15,440 nucleotides of DNA from Spirochaetia bacterium (lineage in GTDB: Bacteria > Spirochaetota > Spirochaetia > CADAEX01): positions 1-15,440 of the forward strand of contig JAZURI010000008.1 of NCBI GenBank assembly GCA_045606105.1, in the 5' to 3' direction. Position numbers and translations under genes: made by a program. The notes below the pieces were generated by a model. It worked only from the letters and a program-made list of their open reading frames with translations, made no database searches and was not told the origin of the DNA. Below, piece after piece: positions 6,943-15,440 of this stretch (the first letter of the stretch is position 1; every line of letters starts with the position of its first letter).

Positions 6943-7494
6943 TTGGCAAATCAATACTATTATACTGTTGCTTCTTTACCAATGCTCTCATTGGAAGCAG
7001 AAAAGTTCATGACTGAAGAGGAATTCCTCAGTACATGCGAAACTACAATCTCAGAAAAGGACTTTGAGGATCTCAAGGCTTCTCTTCTTCTCCCTATTCA
7101 GGGTGCTGTGGTTTCCGATCCTTTGCTCAAGGGATGGTACGACTGGGAAAACACTCTCCGCTGTGAGCTTGTAAAGCTTAGAGCTGCAAAGAAAGGAACA
7201 GATGCTGAAAAGTATATCACAGACAATCCGGGCGAGGCCGGGCTTGCTGAAGTTGCCAGAGAAGCTTTTAACCAGTCATCACCGCTGGAAAGTGAAAAGG
7301 TTCTTGACCGTGCAAGATGGGAATATCTTGACATGCTTGAGGCCGGACATCTTTTCGATATCGGTAAGCTGATTATCTACTATCTCAAGCTCCAGCTTCT
7401 GAACCGCAGAGCTCTCCTGAACAGGGAGATCGGCCAGCAGGAATACGAGAAGATATATGCAGATATTCTTGCAGTTGCAAGAAAGAATGGGTAA
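6943..7494 (+). CDS. DUF2764 family protein (probable short subunit C/d equivalent of the V-ATPase)
   Basis: YYYTVASLPML N-terminus, WENTLRCEL, PLESEKVLDRARW, HLFD..IIYYLKLQLL; located between E and A; TTG start with GGAGG SD. Confidence 0.82.
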   Translation: MANQYYYTVASLPMLSLEAEKFMTEEEFLSTCETTISEKDFEDLKASLLLPIQGAVVSDPLLKGWYDWENTLRCELVKLRAAKKGTDAEKYITDNPGEAGLAEVAREAFNQSSPLESEKVLDRARWEYLDMLEAGHLFDIGKLIIYYLKLQLLNRRALLNREIGQQEYEKIYADILAVARKNG

Positions 7495-7540
7495 CTCTGT
7501 TTTTTTTAATTGGTAATAGAATTTTTTTTAGAGGTATTTT

Positions 7541-9340
7541 ATGAGTGAAATTATAGAACAGCAGAGCAAGGGCAAGGTTGTCGGTGTAAACGGCAACATG
7601 ATTACCATTGAGGTATTCGGTGATGTCCTTATGAACGAAATCGGATATGTTGTTGTAAACACATCCGAAGGCGTTAAGAAGCTCAAGGCTGAGGTTATCA
7701 GAATCAAGGGTAAATATGCCGACTTGCAGGTTTTTGAAATGACCAGAGGTATTGCAGAGGGAGACGATGTAGAGCTTACAGGCGAAATGCTTGCAGTAAC
7801 ACTGGGTCCCGGACTTCTCGGTCAGGTATTCGACGGTCTCCAGAACCCGCTTCCAAAGCTTGCTGAGCACAGCGGATTCTTCCTTGAAAGAGGTGTTTAT
7901 CTCGAAGCACTTCCGGGAGATCAGAAATGGCATTTTACACCATGCGTAAAAGAGGGCGATTCAGTACAGAGAGCTGATGCAATCGGTACAGTTCCTGAAG
8001 GAATCTTCAACCACAGAATCATGGTTCCTTTCAACATGTATGATTCATACAAGATCAAGTCAATCGCAAAGGAAGGAGACTACACAGTCAACGAAAAGAT
8101 TGCCGAGATCGTAGATACAAAAGGAAACGTATTCCCTCTTACAATGTGTTTCCAGTGGCCGGTTAAGAGAGCTATCGATGCTTACACAGAAAGACTGAAA
8201 CCGGTTGACCCAATGATTACAAAGGTAAGACTTATCGATACATTCTTCCCTGTTGCCAAGGGTGGAACATACTGTATCCCTGGACCTTTCGGAGCAGGAA
8301 AGACAGTACTCCAGCAGATTACATCAAAGAACGCAGAGGTTGACGTTGTAATCGTAGCAGCCTGCGGAGAGCGTGCCGGTGAGGTTGTAGAAACTCTTAA
8401 GGAATTCCCTGAACTTATCGACCCTAAGACAGGTCGTTCCCTCATGGAAAGAACAATGATCATCTGTAACACATCCTCCATGCCTGTTGCAGCCCGTGAA
8501 GCATCCGTATACACAGCCGTAACACTCGGTGAGTACTACAGACAGATGGGTCTCCATGTTCTTCTCCTTGCTGACTCCACATCAAGATGGGCTCAGGCCA
8601 TGAGAGAGATGTCAGGTCGTCTCGAAGAGATCCCTGGTGAAGAAGCATTCCCGGCTTACCTCGAATCAACAATCGCATCTTTCTATGAAAGAGCAGGTAT
8701 CGTAAAACTCAGAGACGGTTCAATCGGATCTGTAACAATCGGTGGAACAGTATCACCTGCAGGTGGTAACTTCGAAGAGCCGGTAACACAGGCTACACTT
8801 AAGGTAGTAGGTGCATTCCACGGTCTTTCAAGAGAAAGATCCGACGCCAGAAAGTATCCTGCAATTCACCCACTGGACAGCTGGAGCAAGTATGCCGGCG
8901 GTGCAGTAGATCCTGAATTCACAGAATATGCAAGAAGCGTAATGTTCAGAGGAAGTGATGTTGCTCAGATGATGAAGGTAGTAGGTGAAGAAGGAACAAG
9001 TATCACAGACTATATCATCTACCTCAAGGAAGAGCTCCTTGACTCAGTATATATCCAGCAGAACTCCTTCGACGAAGTAGACGCAGCAGTTCCTGTAGAA
9101 AGACAGAAGCATATTTTCAATATCCTTCTCAAGATCCTTTCTGCAACATTCGACTTCACAGTTAAAGATGAAGCCAGAGCTTACTTCAACCAGCTCAGAC
9201 AGCTGTTCCTTGACTACAACGGATCTATCTGGGGAAGCGATGCATTCAAGCAGAAGGAAGCAGAACTTCTTTCAACACTTGCATCAAAACAGACCGGTAC
9301 TGATGAAAATGCAGCTGACCTGCTTGCAAAAATAAAATAA
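7541..9340 (+). CDS. atpA: V/A-type ATP synthase catalytic subunit A (NtpA-like)
   Basis: LGPGLLGQVFDGLQNPL, Walker A GPFGAGKT, CGERAGEV, NTSSMPVAAREAS, ADSTSRWAQAMREMSGRLEEIPGEEAFPAYL. Confidence 0.97.
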   Translation: MSEIIEQQSKGKVVGVNGNMITIEVFGDVLMNEIGYVVVNTSEGVKKLKAEVIRIKGKYADLQVFEMTRGIAEGDDVELTGEMLAVTLGPGLLGQVFDGLQNPLPKLAEHSGFFLERGVYLEALPGDQKWHFTPCVKEGDSVQRADAIGTVPEGIFNHRIMVPFNMYDSYKIKSIAKEGDYTVNEKIAEIVDTKGNVFPLTMCFQWPVKRAIDAYTERLKPVDPMITKVRLIDTFFPVAKGGTYCIPGPFGAGKTVLQQITSKNAEVDVVIVAACGERAGEVVETLKEFPELIDPKTGRSLMERTMIICNTSSMPVAAREASVYTAVTLGEYYRQMGLHVLLLADSTSRWAQAMREMSGRLEEIPGEEAFPAYLESTIASFYERAGIVKLRDGSIGSVTIGGTVSPAGGNFEEPVTQATLKVVGAFHGLSRERSDARKYPAIHPLDSWSKYAGGAVDPEFTEYARSVMFRGSDVAQMMKVVGEEGTSITDYIIYLKEELLDSVYIQQNSFDEVDAAVPVERQKHIFNILLKILSATFDFTVKDEARAYFNQLRQLFLDYNGSIWGSDAFKQKEAELLSTLASKQTGTDENAADLLAKIK

Positions 9341-9352
9341 GGGACGGAAGAA

Positions 9353-10651
9353 ATGCGCAAGATTTATAGTAAAATTGAATCAATTACAGGAAACGTAATT
9401 ACAGTTACAGCTGATAACGTAAAGAATGACGATCTTGCTGAAGTTTCTTCAGCACACGGAAAGTCACTTGCCCGTGTTATCAGATTGAATAAAGGTGAAG
9501 TTTCTCTCCAGGTATTTGCCGGAGCAAAGGGTGTTTCCACAGGTGACGAGGTAAGATTCCTCGGTTATCCTATGAAGATCTCCTGCTCAGAAAACCTTCT
9601 CGGAAGAATTTTCGACGGTAGCGGTAAGCCAAGAGACAATGGTCCTGCTCTCAACGAGAACCTCAGTGAGATCGGTGGACCTTCAGTAAACCCTGCAAGA
9701 AGAATTGTACCAAAGAACATGGTAAGAACAGGTATCCCGATGATCGACGTATTCAACTCTCTCGTTGAATCCCAGAAGCTTCCTATCTTCTCATCATCCG
9801 GTGAGCCATACAACGAACTTCTTGCTCGTATCGCCATGCAGGCCGAAGTTGACATGATCATCCTCGGTGGTATGGGTATCAAGTACGATGACTACCTTTT
9901 CTTCAAGGAAACACTTGAGGAAGGTGGAGCTCTCAGCAGAACAGTATTCTTCGTACACACAGCTGCTGACCCTATCGTAGAATGTCTCCTGGTACCGGAC
10001 GTATCCCTCGCAGTTGCAGAGCACTTCGCTCTCGAAGGAAAGAAGGTTCTGGTACTTCTCACAGACATGACAAACTTTGCCGATGCAATGAAAGAAAATG
10101 CTATCACAATGGAACAGGTTCCTTCAAACCGTGGTTATCCTGGAGACCTTTACTCACAGCTCGCTTCAAGATACGAGAAGGCTGTAGACTTCGAAGGCGC
10201 AGGTTCTATCACAATCCTTGCTGTTACAACAATGCCTGGTGACGACGTAACTCACCCGGTTCCTGACAACACAGGATACATCACAGAGGGTCAGTTCTAT
10301 CTTAAGAACGGAAGAATCGAGCCATTCGGATCACTCTCCAGACTTAAGCAGCAGGTTAACAAGGATACCCGTGAAGACCACAGAGCTCTTATGGACGGTA
10401 TGATCAAACTCTACTCCGCTTACAAAGAGTCTCTCGAAAAGAAGTCCATGGGATTCAGAATGTCAGACTGGGACAACAAGCTTCTTAAATACGGTGCTAT
10501 GTTCGAAGAGCAGCTTATGGCTCTCTCAGTAAACATTCCTCTTGAAAAAGCTCTCGACAAGGGTTGGGAAATCCTTTCAAAGTGCTTCTCAAAGGAAGAG
10601 ACCGGACTTAGAACAGAACTCCTTAACAAGTTCTGGCCAAAAGAGGACTGA
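9353..10651 (+). CDS. atpB: V/A-type ATP synthase subunit B (NtpB-like)
   Basis: [63 protein letters not shown]. Confidence 0.97.
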   Translation: MRKIYSKIESITGNVITVTADNVKNDDLAEVSSAHGKSLARVIRLNKGEVSLQVFAGAKGVSTGDEVRFLGYPMKISCSENLLGRIFDGSGKPRDNGPALNENLSEIGGPSVNPARRIVPKNMVRTGIPMIDVFNSLVESQKLPIFSSSGEPYNELLARIAMQAEVDMIILGGMGIKYDDYLFFKETLEEGGALSRTVFFVHTAADPIVECLLVPDVSLAVAEHFALEGKKVLVLLTDMTNFADAMKENAITMEQVPSNRGYPGDLYSQLASRYEKAVDFEGAGSITILAVTTMPGDDVTHPVPDNTGYITEGQFYLKNGRIEPFGSLSRLKQQVNKDTREDHRALMDGMIKLYSAYKESLEKKSMGFRMSDWDNKLLKYGAMFEEQLMALSVNIPLEKALDKGWEILSKCFSKEETGLRTELLNKFWPKED

Positions 10652-10656
10652 GACCT

Positions 10657-11253
10657 ATGGCAAATATCAAACTGACTAAGAATGAACAGAAAAAACAGAA
10701 GGATGCTCTCAAGAGATACAAAAGATTCCTTCCTACACTTCAGCTCAAGAAACAGCAGCTTCAGCTCGTTATCAGAGGACTTGAGGGTGATGTAAAGGCT
10801 AAGCAGGAAATCAGAAAGCAGCTTGAGGGTGAAATCTTCTCATGGGTTGACGTATTCGGTGAAAAAGTTGAGTTTGATAAGCTTGTAAGAATTAAATCTC
10901 TTGAAACAGAAGAAGGTAACATTGCGGGAGTTGATATTCCTGTATTCAAAGGAATCGAGTTCGAGCAGGTTGAATATGACCTGTTCAGACAGCCACTCTG
11001 GGTAGATGCTGCAGTTGAGAAAGTATCAGGACTGCTTGCATGCGACGAGGAGCTTAAGATTCTTGAAAGACAGCTCGAACTTCTGGATGCGGAGCTGCGT
11101 GTAACCTCACAGAGAGTAAACCTCTTTGAAAAGGTTAAGATTCCTGAGACAAAGAATAACATCAGAGCTATTCAGGTATATCTCGGAGACCAGCAGACAG
11201 CAGCCGTTGTAAGAGGAAAAATATCAAAGAAGAAACTGGTAAGGGAAGCATAA
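10657..11253 (+). CDS. atpD: V/A-type ATP synthase subunit D (NtpD-like)
   Basis: LTKNE..LPTLQLKK, NIAGVDIP, TSQRVNLFEKVKIP. Confidence 0.95.
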   Translation: MANIKLTKNEQKKQKDALKRYKRFLPTLQLKKQQLQLVIRGLEGDVKAKQEIRKQLEGEIFSWVDVFGEKVEFDKLVRIKSLETEEGNIAGVDIPVFKGIEFEQVEYDLFRQPLWVDAAVEKVSGLLACDEELKILERQLELLDAELRVTSQRVNLFEKVKIPETKNNIRAIQVYLGDQQTAAVVRGKISKKKLVREA

Positions 11254-11254
11254 T

Positions 11255-13048
11255 ATGGCAATAGTTAAAATGAAAAAAGTTTCCCTCGTGGTTCTCGACC
11301 GTGAAAGGGAAGAAGCTCTTGAAAACCTGAGAGATCTGGGACTCGTTCATATCGAAAGAATCTATGCCGGAAGCGACAAGCTTTCTGCATTGAACGATAA
11401 AAAGGGTCTCTTCGAGCGCTGCTTGTTCATCCTCCCACAGAAAATTGCCGGAGACAAGAACAAGACAGGTGACCTTAAAGCAGCCGAAAAGCTTGCAGAC
11501 AAGATTGTAGGCCTCGGTGACAAGCTTAAAGCACTTGGCGACGAAAAGGAAAAGCTTCTCAAAGATCAGAAGAGCCTTGAACCGTGGGGTGATTTCAATC
11601 CTGCAGACGTGGCTTTCCTCAAAGAAAAAGGGGTTGAGCTTAGATTTTACGAGCTTGCAAAGGATAAACTTGCAGAAATTTCTGAAAAAACAGATTATTT
11701 CACCGTAAGTTCAGACAAAAACAAGGTTTTCATCATTGCAACAGGAACAGAGTTCCCTGAAGCTGAAACATTCAGCCTCCCTGCAATCGGTATTTCCGAA
11801 ATCGGAAAGAAGGTGGCAGAACTTGATGCTGAAATCGCAGCTGTAAACAAGGAACTTGAAGCCCTTGCAGTTGAAAAGAATATTATTACAAACGGAATCA
11901 AGCTTCTCGAAAAAGAGATGGAGTTTGAGGCCGTAAGTGCAGATATGCAGGTCGAAGATGAGCTTGCATATATTGACGGATATGTACCTGAAGATGTGGT
12001 TAAGGACCTGAAGTCCGAAGCTGCTAAAAACCATTGGGCACTTCTCATCAGAGATCCGGAAGGAGAAGATAATCCTCCGAGCTTGATCAGAAATCCAAAA
12101 TGGGTTCAGATCATCGATCCGTTGTTCAGATTCCTGGATATTACACCTGGATACAAAGAGGCAGATATCAGTATGTTCTTCCTGATGTTCTTCTCTCTCT
12201 TCGTTGCCATGATCGTAGGTGATGCCGGATACGGAATCATTTTCCTTATCCTCTCATTGCTTGTGGCCAAGAAGGCACCGAAACCTGTATTCATTCTCCT
12301 CATGACGCTGAGCTTAGGCACCATCGCCTGGGGTACGTTGACAGGAACATGGTTCGGATCAGCGACCATTGTAGAAAAGACATTCCTCGGAAGCCTGGTT
12401 ATTCCAAGCATTGCAAGTTTCCCTGGAGCAGTCGGAAGTACTGTTGATACAGAAGCATTCATCAAGAATTTCTGTTTCATCGTAGGTATCGTACATCTGC
12501 TTCTCGGTCTTGTTATCAGCTTCTCAAGAAAAATGCCTTCACTGGCAGCTTGGGCTGATTTCGGGTGGATGCTGATTGTAGTGGCTTCTTACTTCGTTGC
12601 ACAGAAGTTCGTACTCGGTGCACCTGGTTTCAGCCCTATAACATGGCCTCTTGCAGGCGCCGGATTTGTTATCGTATGTCTCTTCTCGGAGCAGAACGGA
12701 AACTTTGTAAAGGGCGCTGTCATGGGTCTTGCATGGTCACCTATGAAGATACTGGACTCAGTAAGTATGTTTGCCAACCTGGTATCATACATCAGACTTT
12801 TCGCTGTAGGTCTTGCTACAGTTGCGGTTGCTTCAAGCTTCAACGCAATGGCAGGCGGTATGGCAGAGTCAATGGGTGTTGCCGGAGTTATTATCGGCGC
12901 AGTTATCCTTTTTGCGGCACATGCCTTTAACATGGTATTGGCCCTTCTTTCAATCGTTGTACACGGTGTTCGTCTGAACACATTGGAATTCGGTGGAAGA
13001 GTTGGATTGGAATGGAGTGGTTTCAGATACTCTCCATTTAAAAAATAA
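11255..13048 (+). CDS. atpI: V/A-type ATP synthase subunit I (a; NtpI-like)
   Basis: MAIVKMKKV N-terminus, PGYKEAD, AMIVGDAGYG, essential Arg in SYIRLFAVGLA, HGVRLNTLEF, YSPF; hydrophobic C-terminal half. Confidence 0.95.
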   Translation: MAIVKMKKVSLVVLDREREEALENLRDLGLVHIERIYAGSDKLSALNDKKGLFERCLFILPQKIAGDKNKTGDLKAAEKLADKIVGLGDKLKALGDEKEKLLKDQKSLEPWGDFNPADVAFLKEKGVELRFYELAKDKLAEISEKTDYFTVSSDKNKVFIIATGTEFPEAETFSLPAIGISEIGKKVAELDAEIAAVNKELEALAVEKNIITNGIKLLEKEMEFEAVSADMQVEDELAYIDGYVPEDVVKDLKSEAAKNHWALLIRDPEGEDNPPSLIRNPKWVQIIDPLFRFLDITPGYKEADISMFFLMFFSLFVAMIVGDAGYGIIFLILSLLVAKKAPKPVFILLMTLSLGTIAWGTLTGTWFGSATIVEKTFLGSLVIPSIASFPGAVGSTVDTEAFIKNFCFIVGIVHLLLGLVISFSRKMPSLAAWADFGWMLIVVASYFVAQKFVLGAPGFSPITWPLAGAGFVIVCLFSEQNGNFVKGAVMGLAWSPMKILDSVSMFANLVSYIRLFAVGLATVAVASSFNAMAGGMAESMGVAGVIIGAVILFAAHAFNMVLALLSIVVHGVRLNTLEFGGRVGLEWSGFRYSPFKK

Positions 13049-13051
13049 TAA

Positions 13052-13081
13052 ATTTATTGTCCAGAGGGACAAATAGTAAAT
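13052..13081 (+). promoter_or_regulatory. Intercistronic stem-loop upstream of subunit K
   Basis: TTGTCC-AGAG-GGACAA (13057-13072), extendable by ATTTA/TAAAT; no U-tract; followed by SD AAGGAG. Confidence 0.55.
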
Positions 13082-13098
13082 ATTAAAGGAGAAAATAT

Positions 13099-13527
13099 AT
13101 GTTAGGATTGATGGGAATTGGAGCAGCATTCGCTCTTGCAGCAGCAGGTTCAGCTATTGGAATTGGAAAAGCAGGTATGGCTTCTATCGGTGCATGGAAG
13201 AAATGTTATGCACAGAACAAGCCGGCACCATTCCTTCTGCTCACATTCGTAGGTGCACCATTTACACAGACAATTTACGGTATGATTCTTATGAACGCTC
13301 TTCTTGCAGCAAAAGACACAGCAGATCCTGGTCTTATCCTCGGTGCAGGACTTTTCGGTGGTATCGGTATGGGTCTTTCCGCATGGTTCCAGGGAGCAGC
13401 AGGTGCAGCAGCAGCTGATGCACAGGTTAGCACAGGAAAGGGTTTCTCTAACTACCTTATCGTTCTTGGTCTTGTAGAGTCTGTAGCTCTCTTCGTAATG
13501 GTATTCTCAATGGGTATCATCGGCTAA
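13099..13527 (+). CDS. atpK: V/A-type ATP synthase proteolipid subunit K (c; 4-TM, Na+-type)
   Basis: 142 aa Gly/Ala-rich duplicated hairpin; GSAIGIG, PFTQTIYG, SAWFQG, GLVESVALF. Confidence 0.96.
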   Translation: MLGLMGIGAAFALAAAGSAIGIGKAGMASIGAWKKCYAQNKPAPFLLLTFVGAPFTQTIYGMILMNALLAAKDTADPGLILGAGLFGGIGMGLSAWFQGAAGAAAADAQVSTGKGFSNYLIVLGLVESVALFVMVFSMGIIG

Positions 13528-13548
13528 GTTTTCCTTAGACCATAAATC

Positions 13549-13577
13549 AAAGCGGTCAGTAATGACCGCTTTTTTTT
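13549..13577 (+). terminator. Rho-independent terminator of the V-ATPase operon
   Basis: AAAGCGGTCA-GTAA-TGACCGCTTT perfect stem with GNRA loop followed by a T8 run (13570-13577), 21 nt after the K stop. Confidence 0.92.
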
Positions 13578-13589
13578 CGCTTTTAAAGC

Positions 13590-13618
13590 TTGACATATTT
13601 GGTAGTAAATCATATTTT
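13590..13618 (+). promoter_or_regulatory. Putative sigma70 promoter of the flavodiiron gene
   Basis: Perfect TTGACA (13590-13595), 17-nt spacer, TATTTT (13613-13618); a TATAAT also lies at 13624-13629; SD GGAGG at 13632-13636. Confidence 0.65.
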
Positions 13619-13640
13619 TTATATATAATATGGAGGAAAA

Positions 13641-15440
13641 ATGAGCATTAACAAAGTAACAGACAGCATCATCTATGTCGGTGTAAATGACCATAAGATT
13701 GATCTTTTCGAGGGTCAGTATGTGGTTCCGAACGGAATGTCATATAATTCCTATGTCATCATGGATGAAAAAATTGCTGTAATGGATACAGTAGATATAA
13801 ATTTCACCCATCAGTGGCTTGATAATCTCGCAGAGGCACTGAACGGAAGAAAGCCTGATTACCTGGTGGTTCAGCACATGGAGCCGGATCATTCAGCCAA
13901 CATCAAGAACTTCCTTAATGTTTATCCTGAAGCAAAGATTGTGGGAAACTCAAAGACATTCACCATGATCGGTCAGTTCTTCGGCGATACCTTTGAGGAT
14001 AAGCAGGTTGTGGTAGAAAACGGATCAACACTTTCACTGGGAAAGCATGAGCTTACATTTGTTTTTGCACCGATGGTTCACTGGCCTGAGGTAATGGTAA
14101 CTTATGATGCCTTTGACAAGGTTCTTTTCTCAGCAGACGGTTTCGGAAAATTCGGAGCTCTCGATGTGGATGAAGAATGGGCATGCGAAGCCAGAAGATA
14201 CTACATCGGAATCGTAGGAAAGTACGGAGCACAGGTACAGAAGCTTCTTTCTGTGGCTGCAACCCTGGACATTCAGAAAATCTGTCCTCTTCACGGACCT
14301 GTACTTACAGAAAACCTGGGATACTACCTCAACCTTTATAACACATGGTCTTCCTACGGAATCGAGACAGACGGTATCGTTATTGCATATACTTCCGTTT
14401 ACGGAAACACAAAGAAGGCAGTAGAGCTCCTGGCTGAAAAGCTTAAGGCCAAGGGTTGTCCTAAGGTAGTGGTAAACGACCTGGCAAGAGTAGATATGGC
14501 AGAAGCTGTGGAAGATGCATTCCGCTACGGAAAGATTGTATTGGCCACAACAACATACAATGCCGGAATTTTCCCTTTCATGAGAGAGTTCATCGATCAT
14601 CTGACAGAGAGAAATTTCCAGAACAGAACCGTGGCTTTCATCGAGAACGGAAGCTGGGCTGCTCAGGCTACAAAGGTAATGAAGAAAATGCTGGAAGGAA
14701 GCAAGAACCTGGTTTTTACAGACAACAATGTTTCCATAAAGTCTGCAATGTCAGATGCCAACAAGGAGCAGCTTGAAGCTCTGGCAGACGAACTCTGCAA
14801 GGACTACATTGCCCGTTCTCCTGAAAAGGCAGACAAGAACGATATGACAGCACTCTTCAGACTGGGATACGGTCTCTACGTGGTTACATCCAACGACGGA
14901 AAGAGAGACAACGGTCTTATAGTAAATACTGTAACACAGGTAAGCGATGCACCTAACCGCATTGCAGTTTGTATCAACAAGAGAAACTATTCCTGCCATG
15001 TAATCGAGCAGACAAAGAAGATGAATGTAAACTGTCTTTCTGTAGATGCACCTTTTGATATTTTTAAGCGCTTCGGATTCCAGAGCGGTAGAAATGTGGA
15101 TAAGTTTGAAGGTATCGAAACTGCAAAATCAGACAACGGACTTCCGTTCCTGACACAGTACATCAATGCAGTGCTTTCTTTGGAAGTGGAAAATGTGGTG
15201 GATCTGGAATCTCATCTCATGTTCATCTGTAAGGTAACCGAGGCAAGAGTAACCTCCGACAGAGCTACAATGACATATACCTACTATCAGGAAAATGTAA
15301 AGCCAAAACCACAGACAGAAGGAAAGAAGGGATGGGTCTGCAAGATCTGTGGATACATCTATGAGGGAGAAGACCTTCCTGAAGACTTTATCTGTCCTCT
15401 GTGTAAGCACGGAGCTGTGGACTTCGAGAAGATTGTCTGA
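13641..15440 (+). CDS. fprA: Flavodiiron protein (FprA family) fused to flavin reductase-like and rubredoxin domains
   Basis: Metallo-beta-lactamase diiron ligands HMEPDH, HWPE, SADGFG, PLHGP; flavodoxin YTSVYGNT and NGSW; flavin reductase GYGLYVVTS..SHLMFIC; C-terminal CKIC-x14-CPLC; TGA ends at 15440. Confidence 0.93.
   Translation: MSINKVTDSIIYVGVNDHKIDLFEGQYVVPNGMSYNSYVIMDEKIAVMDTVDINFTHQWLDNLAEALNGRKPDYLVVQHMEPDHSANIKNFLNVYPEAKIVGNSKTFTMIGQFFGDTFEDKQVVVENGSTLSLGKHELTFVFAPMVHWPEVMVTYDAFDKVLFSADGFGKFGALDVDEEWACEARRYYIGIVGKYGAQVQKLLSVAATLDIQKICPLHGPVLTENLGYYLNLYNTWSSYGIETDGIVIAYTSVYGNTKKAVELLAEKLKAKGCPKVVVNDLARVDMAEAVEDAFRYGKIVLATTTYNAGIFPFMREFIDHLTERNFQNRTVAFIENGSWAAQATKVMKKMLEGSKNLVFTDNNVSIKSAMSDANKEQLEALADELCKDYIARSPEKADKNDMTALFRLGYGLYVVTSNDGKRDNGLIVNTVTQVSDAPNRIAVCINKRNYSCHVIEQTKKMNVNCLSVDAPFDIFKRFGFQSGRNVDKFEGIETAKSDNGLPFLTQYINAVLSLEVENVVDLESHLMFICKVTEARVTSDRATMTYTYYQENVKPKPQTEGKKGWVCKICGYIYEGEDLPEDFICPLCKHGAVDFEKIV

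Noticed and set aside
7495-7530. T-runs as an intrinsic terminator after DUF2764
   Set aside because: No GC-rich stem precedes the T tracts, and the site is mid-operon.
13596-13630. PerR/Rex/Fur-like operator in the flavodiiron promoter
   Set aside because: Only weak AT-rich imperfect symmetry (ATATTT..AAATCAT); no convincing match to a known box.
1-15440. CRISPR array, tRNA/rRNA, cobalamin riboswitch, IS or integrase
   Set aside because: The largest intergenic gap is about 113 nt and is explained by a terminator and promoter; no repeat-spacer periodicity or transposase/integrase ORF was seen.

Overview
The window is gene-dense, entirely + strand, and falls into three blocks. (1) Positions 12-5324 are the distal half of a catabolic bacterial microcompartment (BMC) operon: BMC-H (EutM/PduA-like), EutT-type corrinoid adenosyltransferase, PduL, a Eut-associated hypothetical protein, EutN/CcmL pentamer, PduS, PduT, EutS/PduU and EutP/PduV. 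A co-oriented LysR regulator follows at 5343-6245. The signature enzyme (EutBC, PduCDE or a glycyl-radical enzyme) is not in the window, so the substrate cannot be named. (2) Positions 6319-13527 are a V/A-type ATPase operon E-DUF2764-A-B-D-I-K with no F or G genes, the arrangement known from spirochaetes, chlamydiae and Bacteroidetes. Subunit K has a complete Na+-binding signature, a stem-loop precedes K, and an intrinsic terminator follows it. (3) Positions 13641-15440 encode a separately promoted flavodiiron protein fused to flavin-reductase and rubredoxin domains. The host is probably an anaerobic spirochaete (inference). The most notable points are the hybrid Firmicute-like BMC locus with a LysR in place of EutVW, a sharp codon-usage switch at the lysR/ATPase junction, and a small unnamed domain shared by two BMC accessory proteins. 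No RNA genes, CRISPR arrays or mobile-element genes were seen.
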